DNA of 64,000 nucleotides. Source: Candidatus Eiseniibacteriota bacterium (lineage in GTDB: Bacteria; Eisenbacteria; RBG-16-71-46; CAVPCR01). The notes below the pieces were generated by a model. That model was not told the DNA's origin, did no database searches, and saw nothing but the letters and a program-made list of their open reading frames with translations. The stretch spans positions 384,001 through 448,000 of the forward strand of contig CAVPCR010000003.1 of NCBI GenBank assembly GCA_963702435.1, read 5' to 3'. Position numbers and translations under genes: made by a program. Positions 35,894-45,854 of the stretch are shown here, one piece after another (position 1 is the first letter of the stretch; every line of letters begins with the position of its first letter).

Positions 35894-38011
35894 ATGCATC
35901 GATCATCGCGTCGCCATCTCTTTCACCTGGCTGTACTCCTCGGCTTCTGCCTGCTCGGCGTCTTCGTCGCCGGTTTCCGCTGGGTCGACCGCCACCTGCC
36001 CTCGCCCTACCGGCTGCGCGACATCCAGCCGCCCCAGAAGACGATCGTGCTTGATATCCACGAGGAGGTCGTGCACGAGTTCTTCCGCGAGAACCGCGAT
36101 GTGGTGCCGCTCTCCGCCATCCCGAAGCCGCTCGTCGCGGCGATCCTCGCCACCGAGGACCGCAAGTTCTACGAGCACTGGGGCGTCGATGTGTTCGGCG
36201 TGCTGCGCGCGGTCACCAAGAACGTGCGCACCGGGCGACTCCGCGAGGGGGGCTCCACGATCACGCAGCAGCTCGCGAAGAATCTCTTCCTCACCCACGA
36301 CCGCACCTGGCGCCGGAAACTGCAGGAGCTCGTGCTCGCGCTCCGCATCGAGCGCATCTACTCGAAGGACGAGATCCTCGAGCTGTACCTGAACCAGGTG
36401 TACTTCGGCGAGGGGGCCTACGGCGTGCAGGCCGCCGCGCGCATCTTCTTCGGCAAGGACGTGAGCGATCTCGACCTGGCGGAGAGCGCGCTCCTGGCGG
36501 GGCTCCCCGGAAACCCGCGCGAGTTCAATCCGCGCGTGTATCCGGAGGCGGCGGTCCGCCGGCGGAAGGTCGTGCTCAACGCGATGATCGAGACCGGCGC
36601 GATCGGCAAGGAGGACGCAAACTCGATCGACGCCCTCCCGCTCGCGGTCACCGAGATGCGCGACGCCTCGGCGGTGGGGCCGTACTTCGTCGAGGTCGTC
36701 CGCCAGTACCTCACCGACCGCTACGGCTCGAAGGAGCTCTACGAGGGCGGGCTGCGCGTCTACACGACGCTCGACATCGAGCTGCAGAAGGCGGCCGAAG
36801 CCGCAGTCGAACGCCGGCTCGTCGAGCTCGAGAAGCAGGTGCGCACGGTGGAGACCCGCGCCGGATACGAGACCAGGGTCGCCGCAGCCGCGGCCGCCGA
36901 AGCCGAACCGCCGGTCCCCAAGTACCTGCAGGGCGCGCTCGTCTGCATGGAGGCGCGCACCGGTTACGTGAACGCCATGGTCGGTGGTCGCAGCTTTCGC
37001 GAGAGCCCTTTCAACCGGGCCATGCAGGCTCAGCGCCAGCCGGGCTCCGCGTTCAAGCCCTTCATCTACACGGCCGCGATCGACAACGGCTTTCGCGCCT
37101 CGGACCTGGTCCTCGACACGCCGGTCGTCTTCCAGGGCGCGAGCCGCGGCCAGGAGTGGCGCCCGCAGAACTACTCCGGCACCTACTCCGGGCCGATGAC
37201 GCTGCGCTACGCGCTCAAGAAGTCGGTCAACATCCCGGCGATCAAGCTCATGAAACAGGTCGGCATCTCGACCGTGGCGAGCTACGCGCGGCGCCTCGGG
37301 ATCACGAGCCCGATCCAGCACGTTCTCTCCACGGCGCTCGGGACGAGCGAGGTATCGCTCATCGAGCTGACCGCCGCCTACACGGCCTTCGCCAACCAGG
37401 GCATCCACTCGGAGCCGCTGTTCGTGCTGCGCGTCGAGGACCGGAGCGGCCAGGTGCTCGAGACCAACGCCGGCCAGAGCGAGGAGGTGCTGAGCGCCGA
37501 GACCACCGGCATCATCACCGACATGCTCGAGGACGTGCTCGACTCGGGAACCGCCGCCGGCGCGCGCGCACGCGGCTTCACGCAGCCAGCCGCGGGCAAG
37601 ACGGGCACCACCGACAACTACAACAACGGGTGGTTCATCGGCTTCACCCCGGAGCTCGTCTGCGGCGTGTGGGTGGGCTACGACTCGAACGTGACCATGG
37701 GCGACGCCATGGAGGGGGCGCGCGTCGCACTGCCGATCTGGACCGACTTCATGATCGCAGCGACTCGCGACCGCCCGGCCGCCGCCTTCCGCGTTCCGTC
37801 CACGCTCGTCACCGTGCGCGTTTGCAGCGAGTCCGGGATGCCGGCGATCGACGGCGCCTGCCCGGAGACCTACCTCGAGATCTTCAAGGCGGGTACCGCA
37901 CCGGACAACCCGTGCACCTTCCACGGCGTGGGCGGCGGCAGCCTGGACGCCGGGCCAAATCCGCAGTCCGGAGAGGACGTGATCCGCTCCGGGCTCGGTC
38001 CGCCGCACTGA
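35894..38011 (+). CDS. Class A penicillin-binding protein (PBP1A family)
   Basis: EDRKFYEHWG, GGSTITQQL and RKLQE (transglycosylase); SAFK, SVN and KTG (transpeptidase). Confidence 0.93.
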   Translation: MHRSSRRHLFHLAVLLGFCLLGVFVAGFRWVDRHLPSPYRLRDIQPPQKTIVLDIHEEVVHEFFRENRDVVPLSAIPKPLVAAILATEDRKFYEHWGVDVFGVLRAVTKNVRTGRLREGGSTITQQLAKNLFLTHDRTWRRKLQELVLALRIERIYSKDEILELYLNQVYFGEGAYGVQAAARIFFGKDVSDLDLAESALLAGLPGNPREFNPRVYPEAAVRRRKVVLNAMIETGAIGKEDANSIDALPLAVTEMRDASAVGPYFVEVVRQYLTDRYGSKELYEGGLRVYTTLDIELQKAAEAAVERRLVELEKQVRTVETRAGYETRVAAAAAAEAEPPVPKYLQGALVCMEARTGYVNAMVGGRSFRESPFNRAMQAQRQPGSAFKPFIYTAAIDNGFRASDLVLDTPVVFQGASRGQEWRPQNYSGTYSGPMTLRYALKKSVNIPAIKLMKQVGISTVASYARRLGITSPIQHVLSTALGTSEVSLIELTAAYTAFANQGIHSEPLFVLRVEDRSGQVLETNAGQSEEVLSAETTGIITDMLEDVLDSGTAAGARARGFTQPAAGKTGTTDNYNNGWFIGFTPELVCGVWVGYDSNVTMGDAMEGARVALPIWTDFMIAATRDRPAAAFRVPSTLVTVRVCSESGMPAIDGACPETYLEIFKAGTAPDNPCTFHGVGGGSLDAGPNPQSGEDVIRSGLGPPH

Positions 38012-38035
38012 TCGGGCGCATGACGTGCGAGGTGT

Positions 38036-38120
38036 CGGCTGCGCGGCTACGCGGCTACGCGGCTACGCGGCCCCGCGACCCCGCGACCCCGCGAGTGCGC
38101 GGCTACGCGGCCCCGCGACC
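38036..38120. repeat. Octamer tandem repeats (GCGGCTAC and GCGACCCC) between convergent genes
   Basis: gcggctacgcggctacgcggctacgcggccccgcgaccccgcgacccc. Confidence 0.8.
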
Positions 38121-38143
38121 GCCGAGCGGCTGGCGGCTAGCGG

Positions 38144-39373
38144 CTAGCCGCCGGCCTGCCGCGCCGCGTGCGGCACGCCGACCGCATACTCGACCGGGTG
38201 TCCGGCCGGTCCCTGGCGCCGCTCGCCGATCAGGGTCGTCACCTTCACGGTCGCCGCGCCTCGCCGGAAGACGCGCGGGACGCGCTTCCCGATCGAGCAC
38301 ATGATGTCGTAGGGGATGGTGCCGGAGATGGCGGCCACCTCCTCGATCGAGATCGCGGCGCTTCCCTGCTCGCCGAAGAGGACGACCTCGTCCTCGACCT
38401 GCGCGTCCGGCACGCGCTCGAGATCGACCATCGTCATGTCCATGGTGACGCGTCCGACGACCGGCACCCGGCACCCGCGCACGAGCATCTCGCCGCGATT
38501 GGAGAGCTCCCGGCTCAGGCCGTGGCCGTAGCCCACGGCGACGACCCCGATCCGCATCGGACGCGGAGTGATGAACGTGCGCGCGTAGCTCACCGGGTGG
38601 CCGGCGGGAAGCTCCCGCACCTGGAGGAGCCGCGTGCGGAAGGACATGACGGGGCGCACGGCGAGGGCCGGCGGGGTGCCGCGCGGCTTGAGTCCGTAGG
38701 CGAGCAGCCCGGGCCGCACGAGGTCGCAGGCGGCCGCCGGGAGGCGGGCGAGCGCCGCCGAGTTCGCTGCGTGGAGGAGCGGGATCCGGTGGCCGGCCAC
38801 CGCCAGCTCCTCGCACACGGCGCGGAAGCGCTCGATCTGACCCTCGGCAAAGGTCAGGTTGGGACCGTCGGCATCCGGGAAGTGCGTGTAGAGGCCCTCG
38901 AGCCGGAGCGCCGGCTCGGCGGCGACGAGGCGGACGAGCGGCAGCGCTTCGTCCGGGGTGACACCGCTCCGCCCCATTCCGGTGTCCACCTCGACATGCA
39001 CCTGAGTGACATGTCCGGCGGCGGCGGCGGCGCGGGCCAGCTCGCGCACGAAGTCCTGGCGATTCACCGTGCTGGCGAGCCCATGCTCGACGATCTCGGC
39101 CGCCTCGCCGATCAGGCTCGGCGACAGGATGAGGATGGGCGATCCGACCCCGGCACGGCGGAGCTCGATCCCCTCGTGCAGCGTGGCGACGCCGAGCATC
39201 TCGACGCCGGCCGCCAGCGCCTCGCGCGCCACATCCACCGCCCCGTGCCCGTAGGCATCCGCCTTGACCACGAGGAGGATCTTCTGGCCGCTCAGGGAAA
39301 GGCGAATCAGGTCCAGGTTCTGTCGCAGCTGGTCGAGATCGATCTCGACCCAGGCCGGAAAGGCAGTCGTCAT
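38144..39373 (-). CDS. alr: Alanine racemase
   Basis: VVKADAYGHG, DTGMGRSG, HAANS, VRPG and GRVTMD. Confidence 0.93.
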   Translation of the reverse strand: MTTAFPAWVEIDLDQLRQNLDLIRLSLSGQKILLVVKADAYGHGAVDVAREALAAGVEMLGVATLHEGIELRRAGVGSPILILSPSLIGEAAEIVEHGLASTVNRQDFVRELARAAAAAGHVTQVHVEVDTGMGRSGVTPDEALPLVRLVAAEPALRLEGLYTHFPDADGPNLTFAEGQIERFRAVCEELAVAGHRIPLLHAANSAALARLPAAACDLVRPGLLAYGLKPRGTPPALAVRPVMSFRTRLLQVRELPAGHPVSYARTFITPRPMRIGVVAVGYGHGLSRELSNRGEMLVRGCRVPVVGRVTMDMTMVDLERVPDAQVEDEVVLFGEQGSAAISIEEVAAISGTIPYDIMCSIGKRVPRVFRRGAATVKVTTLIGERRQGPAGHPVEYAVGVPHAARQAGG

Positions 39374-39537
39374 CTTGGTCCCGGGTGGTGGCCGGCTCGC
39401 CGGATGTGGGGCACCCTGACGATCGCACGCCGGGCGCCGCGCCAGCGCCCGCTGTGGTGTTAGCACAGGCGACCGCCGCGAGGCAAGGACGCGAAGTCCG
39501 CTCACGATCCGCAGCGTCTCCGTGCTAGCGTAGGTCG

Positions 39538-40506
39538 ATGATGAACGAGAATGACCTGCCGCCGCAGCCGCATGCCGCTGCGGCGGCCGCATCCGACGGC
39601 GCCGCCGCGGCCGCTAGCGCCGGCGCCGCACCCGTCGCTCAATCCGGTTCTCCTCCCCTGCCTGCGCTCCCGGCGCCGGCGCCCGCGGAGCACGACGCGT
39701 TTGCCGCGCTCCTCGGCCTCGTCCGCCGGCTCCGCGCTCCGGACGGCTGCCCCTGGGATCGGGAGCAGACGCTCCACACGATGACGCCGTACATCATCGA
39801 GGAAGCGTACGAAGTGATCGACGCCATCGAGCGCGACGACGCTCCGCACCTCGGTGAGGAGCTCGGCGATCTCCTCTTCCTCCTCTTCTTCTGCGCCGAG
39901 ATCGGGCGCGAGGAGGGCCGCTTCCGGATCGAGGACGTGCTGCTCGGACACGTGCGCAAGATGGTCGCCCGCCATCCCCACGTCTTCCTGAACCAGGGCT
40001 CGCTCGGCGCCGGCAAGGCCGCCCAGCAGTGGGAGGAGATCAAGCAGGAAGAGGGAGGCGGGAACCGTTCGGTCGTGGACGGACGGCTGCCCTCCCTGCC
40101 GGGGCTGACCGCTGCCTACCGCGTGCAGGAGAAGGCGGCCGCCGTCGGCTTCGACTGGGCCGAGGTCGCGGGCGCTCTCGACAAGCTCGAGGAGGAGATC
40201 GGGGAGCTCCGGGCCGCGCTCGCGCCGGGAGACCCGGCGCGCAAGGCCGCGGCGCCCGGGGCGGCCGAGCGCGAGGAGATCGGAGATCTCCTCTTCTCGA
40301 TCGTCAATGTCGCCCGCCGGCTCCGCATCGATCCGGAAGCGGCGCTCCGCGGCACGACGGCCAAGTTCATGCGCCGCTTCCGCTACGTCGAGGAGCGCCT
40401 GGCCCTGACCGGCACCCGGCCCTCCGCTGCGACGCTCGCCGAGATGGACCGCCTGTGGGAGGAGGCGAAGGCGCGCGAGTCGCGCGGCGAGTCGCTCGCC
40501 GGCTAG
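39538..40506 (+). CDS. mazG: Nucleoside triphosphate pyrophosphohydrolase MazG
   Basis: GCPWDREQT, EEAYE, EELGDLL, RHPHVF, GFDW and EIGDLLF (tandem domains). Confidence 0.93.
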   Translation: MMNENDLPPQPHAAAAAASDGAAAAASAGAAPVAQSGSPPLPALPAPAPAEHDAFAALLGLVRRLRAPDGCPWDREQTLHTMTPYIIEEAYEVIDAIERDDAPHLGEELGDLLFLLFFCAEIGREEGRFRIEDVLLGHVRKMVARHPHVFLNQGSLGAGKAAQQWEEIKQEEGGGNRSVVDGRLPSLPGLTAAYRVQEKAAAVGFDWAEVAGALDKLEEEIGELRAALAPGDPARKAAAPGAAEREEIGDLLFSIVNVARRLRIDPEAALRGTTAKFMRRFRYVEERLALTGTRPSAATLAEMDRLWEEAKARESRGESLAG

Positions 40507-40520
40507 CCCGCGCCGCCGTT

Positions 40521-40618
40521 CCGCGGTCCGCTGCCGCGGTTCGCTCCCGCATCCCGCGCTCCGCTTGCACGCTCCGCGCTCCGCTTGCACGCTCCGCGCT
40601 CCGCGGTCCGCTGCCGCG
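40521..40618. repeat. Intergenic tandem and direct repeats
   Basis: 20-mer CCGCTTGCACGCTCCGCGCT twice (40561-40600), flanked by two copies of CCGCGGTCCGCTGCCGCG. Confidence 0.8.
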
Positions 40619-40622
40619 CGAC

Positions 40623-42011
40623 TCAGACCGGGTAGGCCGTCCCCAGCTCGGGAATCAAGGCGTCGCTCGCCCCGCGCGCCTTGAGCTCCGCGGCGAGGGC
40701 CTCGGACTGATCCGCATCTCCGTGAACGATGAAGACCCGCTTCCCGGGATCCGATCGGTGGAGGATCCACTCGAGTAGATCGCGCTGATCTGCGTGCGCT
40801 GACAGCGAGTTCAGGACCTTGACGCGCGCGCGCACCCGGTGCGGCTCGCCGAAGATGCGCACCTCCTGGTCCTTCTCGACCAGCCGCCGGCCCAGGGTCC
40901 CGTGCGCCTGGTAGCCGACGATGAGGATCGTGTTCCGCGTGTCGCCGATCGAGTTCCTGAGATGGTGCAGGATGCGGCCCGTCTCCGCCATGCCGGATGC
41001 CGAGATGATGACCATGGGGCCGCGCTTCTCGTTCAGGGCCTTTGAGTCCTCGACGTGGCGGATGTACGTCATGTTGTGAAAGCCGAAAGGCTGCCCGCCG
41101 GCCTCGATCATCTTGCGGATGTCATCGTCGTAGCATTCGGGGTGCAGGCGGTAGATCTCGGTGACGTCGACCGTGAGCGGGCTGTCCACATAGATCGGCA
41201 GCACCGGGATCCGCTTCTCCTCCTGCAGCCGCGAGATGATGTAGACGAGATCCTGGGCGCGGCCGACCGCGAAGCTGGGCACGATCACCTTGCTGCCCTG
41301 ATCGGCGGCTGCGATGAGGACCTGGGCGAGGTCCTCCCCTGCCTGCTCGAACGATTCGTGCAGGCGGCCGCCGTACGTGGACTCGGTGATGAGGACGTCC
41401 ATGCCGAGCGGGCGCTCGGGGTCACGGAGGATCGGCGTCTGGCGGCGGCCGAGATCGCCGGTGAATCCGATCCGTCGCTTGACGCCGCGCTCCTGGGCGT
41501 CGAGGACCACGACCGCCGAGCCGAGGATGTGCCCCGCGTCGTGGAAGGTGAGGCCCACATTGGGTGTGATCGGGACCCGGGTGTGATAGGGCACCGCGAT
41601 CATGCGCTCCATGATGCGGAGGACGTCCCCGTATTCGTAGAGCGGCTCGATCGGCGGCGCTTGCGGCCGGCGCTCCTTGTTCAGGAACTTGGCGTCCTGC
41701 TCCTGGATGTAGGCCGAGTCGCGGAGCATCGCCGAACAGAGATCGCGGCTCGCCGGCGTCGTGTAGACGACGCCGGAGAAGCCCTGGCGCGCGAGTTGCG
41801 GCAGGTTGCCGGAGTGATCGATGTGCGCGTGGGAGAGTACGACCACGTCGATCTCCCGGGGATCGAGCGGCAGGTGGCGATTCCGCCGGTTCGACTCCTC
41901 GCGGTGCCCCTGATAGAGCCCGCAGTCGAGGAGAATGCGCGATCCGTCGACCTCGAGGAGATGCATGGAGCCGGTGACCGTGCGCACGGCGCCGAGGAAG
42001 GTGAGCTTCAT
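40623..42011 (-). CDS. MBL-fold beta-CASP metallo-hydrolase (RNA-processing type)
   Basis: SHAHIDHSG, AGHILGS, ESTYG, FAVGRAQ, SAHAD and VHG. Confidence 0.92.
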   Translation of the reverse strand: MKLTFLGAVRTVTGSMHLLEVDGSRILLDCGLYQGHREESNRRNRHLPLDPREIDVVVLSHAHIDHSGNLPQLARQGFSGVVYTTPASRDLCSAMLRDSAYIQEQDAKFLNKERRPQAPPIEPLYEYGDVLRIMERMIAVPYHTRVPITPNVGLTFHDAGHILGSAVVVLDAQERGVKRRIGFTGDLGRRQTPILRDPERPLGMDVLITESTYGGRLHESFEQAGEDLAQVLIAAADQGSKVIVPSFAVGRAQDLVYIISRLQEEKRIPVLPIYVDSPLTVDVTEIYRLHPECYDDDIRKMIEAGGQPFGFHNMTYIRHVEDSKALNEKRGPMVIISASGMAETGRILHHLRNSIGDTRNTILIVGYQAHGTLGRRLVEKDQEVRIFGEPHRVRARVKVLNSLSAHADQRDLLEWILHRSDPGKRVFIVHGDADQSEALAAELKARGASDALIPELGTAYPV

Positions 42012-43582
42012 GGAGTCTTCTCCGGGGTCGGGGGCTGTGGACCGGGTGCGGGGGGTGTGGCGGGCGCCGCAGCCGGGGGTACGGCGGGCACGGCATCCGG
42101 GGGCGTTCGGGTGCCCCCATCCGGGGGCGTTCGGGTGCCCCCATCCGGGGGCGTCGGGGTCCCCGCATCCGGGGCGGGAGCGCCGGAGTCCGGCGGCGCA
42201 CCCGCGGCGCCGCCCGGCTCCGGACAGCCATCGTCGTCCTCGAACCCGTCCATGTCCTCGGGCGACCGCGGGCAGTCGTCGCTCCGGTCCGGTATCAGGT
42301 CGCCGTCGTCGTCGAGGTCCGGACAGCCGTCGGCATCCGCGTAGCCGTCCCGATCCTCTGCCTCGTTCGGACAGGCGTCGGCTGCGTCAGGAACGCCGTC
42401 CCCATCGTTGTCCGCATCGGGACAGCCATCGCCGTCGGCGAAGCCGTCCCGGTCCTCCGCCGCACCCGGGCAGCGATCGTGAACGTCGCCGACGCCGTCC
42501 CCGTCGCGATCGGCATCCCGCAGCACGAGATCGGTGCCGATCCGGATGCGGATCGCCCACTCCGGATAGATGAGGCGCGGGTCGAAGGCGGTGGCGTCGT
42601 CGTCCGCCGCGAGCAGAAAATCGGCCGCGACCCCGACCTCGGCTCCGGCGACGCGGAGCGCGAAACCGGGGCTCAGGCACTGCGGCGACTCGCCCGGCGA
42701 GATGGTGTCGCCGGCGTCGAGGAGGCGCGGCCGCTCGTACTCGAAGCAGAGCCCCGCGCGCCCATGGACCAGCGAGAGGTCGAAGCGCAGGTCGAGACGA
42801 TCGTGCGCCGTCGTGCCCAGCGTGAGGAACGGCATCCGCTCGCGGAAGGGCAGGAAAGACCGATCCTCCTCGCTCGCGCCGCCGTCCACCCACGTGCCCT
42901 CGACATGCGCGTGGATCATCACCGGCGCATCGAGCCGGGTGAGGGCGACCGTGAGCCCGGCGCCGGCGAAGAGTCGCGTCGCGCCGGCGGAGAAGGGAGC
43001 GGCGGCCGGCCCGCCGCCTGCAGCGAACGAGGCATCGCTTCCGAGCGGGAGCCAGGCCCCCGCCGCCGCGCGAGCCCGCAGGCGCTCGCCGGCCACCGGG
43101 CGCGCGTAGGCGACCGCGACCTGGACATCCTCGAACCCGCTCTTGGCCTCGGCCGCCGCGATGTCCCCGGCCAGGAAGGACAGCCGGACGCTCGCGGTGA
43201 GGTCGGCGCCGAGGCCGTAGCCGAGGTCGAGACCGATGCGGTCCACGCGGCCGCCGGCAAGGAGGGCGAGGGCCGGGTCGGCGGCCTCGACCGCTCGATC
43301 CGGATAGGTGAACGCCTCGTACACGCTGCGCAGGCCGAGCACGCGCGGGGGAAGGGGCACCGCCGGCTCCGCGCGGACGAGCCGCCAGGGCGGCCAGGGC
43401 TGAGGAGCCAAGCGGTCGCGGAAGGCGATGACCTCACCATGCGCCGGGAGCGCCCCCGGTCCCAGGCCGAGACCGAGCTGAACGCAGAGCGCGAGGACGC
43501 CCCCGAGGAGCGCTCCGGCCGGGGCGCGATCGCGCGCCGGACCGCGCTCCGGCCGGACCGGCGCCGGGGCGCCTCGGCTCAT
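42008..43582 (-). CDS. Putative outer-membrane protein with thrombospondin type-3-like repeats and a Pro-rich tail
   Basis: Signal-like N-terminus, DRDGDGV.D..DRCP...EDRDG..D.DGCPD repeats, and PPDGGTRT repeats (24-bp units at 42094-42175). Confidence 0.7.
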   Translation of the reverse strand: MSRGAPAPVRPERGPARDRAPAGALLGGVLALCVQLGLGLGPGALPAHGEVIAFRDRLAPQPWPPWRLVRAEPAVPLPPRVLGLRSVYEAFTYPDRAVEAADPALALLAGGRVDRIGLDLGYGLGADLTASVRLSFLAGDIAAAEAKSGFEDVQVAVAYARPVAGERLRARAAAGAWLPLGSDASFAAGGGPAAAPFSAGATRLFAGAGLTVALTRLDAPVMIHAHVEGTWVDGGASEEDRSFLPFRERMPFLTLGTTAHDRLDLRFDLSLVHGRAGLCFEYERPRLLDAGDTISPGESPQCLSPGFALRVAGAEVGVAADFLLAADDDATAFDPRLIYPEWAIRIRIGTDLVLRDADRDGDGVGDVHDRCPGAAEDRDGFADGDGCPDADNDGDGVPDAADACPNEAEDRDGYADADGCPDLDDDGDLIPDRSDDCPRSPEDMDGFEDDDGCPEPGGAAGAPPDSGAPAPDAGTPTPPDGGTRTPPDGGTRTPPDAVPAVPPAAAPATPPAPGPQPPTPEKTP

Positions 43583-44961
43583 CGCGCCATGACGGACGGC
43601 TCGACCTCCTCCAGACGGGCGGTGAAGTGGCGCAGCATGGGAGCCTCGTACGTCAGGCGGAGGCCGCGCACTTCGTGGCGCCGCTGCCAGAGCTCGATGA
43701 TCGAGTCGGCCACGTAGCGCATGTGCTGGGTCGTGTAGACCCGGCGCGGGATCGCGAGCCGCACGAGCTCGAGATCGGGATAGACGGGGCGGCCGTTCTC
43801 GGTCCGCCCGAACATGAGGCTTCCGATCTCGACCGAGCGAATGCCGCCCTCGACGTAGAGCGCCGCGGCGAGCGCCTGCGCCGGGAACTGCGGCTGCGGG
43901 ATGTCAGGCAGGAAGCGGCGGGCGTTCAGATAGACGGCATGACCGCCGGCCGGGCGCACGAGGGGAATGCCCGCCTGATCAAGCATCTCCCAGAGGTTCT
44001 TGACCTGGAACGTCCGGAAGCGAAGGTAGTCCTCCTCGAGCACCTCGGTGAGCCCGATGGCCATGGCTTCGAGATCGCGTCCCGCCAGGCCGCCATAGGT
44101 GGGAAAGCCCTCGACCAGGATGAGCAGGTTCTTGATCTGATCGGCCAGCGCGTCGTCGTTGACGCACAGGAACCCGCCGATGTTGACGAGCCCGTCCTTC
44201 TTGGCGCTCATCGTGCAACCCTGCGCGTACGAGAACATCTCGCGGGCGATGTCCTTGATCGAGCGGCCCCCGCAGCCCGGCTCCCGCTCCTTGATGAAGA
44301 AGCAGTTCTCGGCGAACCGGCATGCATCGAGGAACAGCGGGATGTCGTACCTCTCGAGCAGCTGCTTCGTCTCGCGGATGTTGGCGAGCGACACCGGCTG
44401 CCCGCCCCCCGAGTTGTTGGTCACGGTGATCATGACGAGCGGGATCGCCCCGCGCCCGTACTCGCCGATCACCCGTTCCAGCTTGGCGACATCCATGTTG
44501 CCCTTGAACGGATGCTCGGCATCGGGATCGAACGCCTCGGGGATGGCGCAGTCGAGAGCGCGCCCGCCGACATGCTCGACGTTGGCGCGGGTGGTGTCGA
44601 AGTGGATGTTGTTGGGCACGACCTTGCCCGGAGCCACGACCGTCGAGAAGAGGAGATGCTCCGCCACCCGCCCCTGGTGCGTGGGGATCACGTGCTTGAA
44701 TCCGAAGATGTCGCGCACCACCGACTGCAGGTGGAAGAAGTTCTGGCTTCCGGCGTAGGACTCGTCGCCCATCATGAGGCCGGCCCACTGCGCCTGGCTC
44801 ATGGCCGAGGTGCCCGAATCGGTGAGCAGATCGATGAAGATCTTGTCGGCCGGGACGCGGAACAGGTTGAAGCCGGCGTCCCGGATGGCCCGCATCCGCT
44901 CGTCCCGCGAGATCGAGCGGATCGGCTCGACGACCTTGATCTTGAATGGCTCGGTGAGCAT
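43579..44961 (-). CDS. tnaA: Tryptophanase
   Basis: EPFKIKVVE, DLLTDSGT and MSAKKD (PLP lysine). C-terminal LRHFTA is the tryptophanase-type form, not TPL LRFFTA. Confidence 0.88.
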   Translation of the reverse strand: MLTEPFKIKVVEPIRSISRDERMRAIRDAGFNLFRVPADKIFIDLLTDSGTSAMSQAQWAGLMMGDESYAGSQNFFHLQSVVRDIFGFKHVIPTHQGRVAEHLLFSTVVAPGKVVPNNIHFDTTRANVEHVGGRALDCAIPEAFDPDAEHPFKGNMDVAKLERVIGEYGRGAIPLVMITVTNNSGGGQPVSLANIRETKQLLERYDIPLFLDACRFAENCFFIKEREPGCGGRSIKDIAREMFSYAQGCTMSAKKDGLVNIGGFLCVNDDALADQIKNLLILVEGFPTYGGLAGRDLEAMAIGLTEVLEEDYLRFRTFQVKNLWEMLDQAGIPLVRPAGGHAVYLNARRFLPDIPQPQFPAQALAAALYVEGGIRSVEIGSLMFGRTENGRPVYPDLELVRLAIPRRVYTTQHMRYVADSIIELWQRRHEVRGLRLTYEAPMLRHFTARLEEVEPSVMAR

Positions 44962-45334
44962 CGTCCTCCTCCACCCTGTCGGCTCCCGGTCAAGGCACAG
45001 CCGGGCGGCTCCCGGCGCCGTCACGACGCCCCCACCCGACCGCCGCCCCCCTAGTAGCACAGGCGAAGCCGCGGCTCAACGGCGGGGGTCGCGGGCCGGC
45101 GGAGGGGGCTCGAGGGAGCACGGCGCAGGGCCGGGACCGCGGCGCCCCCGGGTCTTGCCGAGCCGCCCCTCGCGCTCGGGTCACCGCACCGGGCCGGGTC
45201 GGACCTTGCTGCGGGGACCCGGCGGGTGCTATGCTACCTGTTTGTAGCCATGCGCTGAAGGCGTCGGGCACAGGACGAAGTACGCTCGGCGCACGAGTCA
45301 CCCCTCCCCGCTCTCCCCAGAGGTTTGTCCAATC

Positions 45335-45817
45335 ATGACCACGAAACAGACCAAGGAGGCCGCGAAGTCCAGGCCGGCCAGGGCCGCGAAGGCGGGCAAG
45401 GCGGTGATCGAGGTGGCCTCCGCCATCATCCGGCGGGATGGTCGCTATCTGGTCTCGCAGCGGCCGGAGGGGTCGCATCTCGGTCCGTGCTGGGAGTTTC
45501 CAGGCGGCAAGCGCCTCGCCGCCGAGACCATCGAGGAATGCGCCCAGCGCAAGGTGCGCGAGGAGCTGGGGATCGAGATCAGCGTCGACAAGATGTGGCG
45601 AGTGATCGAGCGCGCCTATCCGGAGCGCATCGTCCGGCTCCATTTCTTCCTCTGCACGCTCGAGTCCGGAACGCCGCGGGCGATCGGCTGCCAGCACTTC
45701 CGCTGGATCCAGCCAAGCGAGTTCGGCAACTACGAGTTCCCGCCTGCCGATCTCGACATCGTACACGAGCTGGCACGGCGATCCCTGCGTCTCGCCGCTG
45801 CGGCCGCCGCCGTCTAG
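45335..45817 (+). CDS. MutT-like NUDIX hydrolase
   Basis: WEFPGGK...RKVREELG (variant Nudix box) and FPPAD. Confidence 0.85.
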   Translation: MTTKQTKEAAKSRPARAAKAGKAVIEVASAIIRRDGRYLVSQRPEGSHLGPCWEFPGGKRLAAETIEECAQRKVREELGIEISVDKMWRVIERAYPERIVRLHFFLCTLESGTPRAIGCQHFRWIQPSEFGNYEFPPADLDIVHELARRSLRLAAAAAAV

Positions 45818-45854
45818 CGCGCGCCCGAGCCGACGCCGGGTCTCGACGATCGCC

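Noticed and set aside
38036..40618. CRISPR array
   Set aside because: The repeats are tandem with no unique spacers, and no cas genes are present.
45250..45300. Ribozyme or riboswitch upstream of the NUDIX gene
   Set aside because: Only a single 9-bp hairpin is present, with no hammerhead CUGAUGA/GAAA core or recognisable aptamer.
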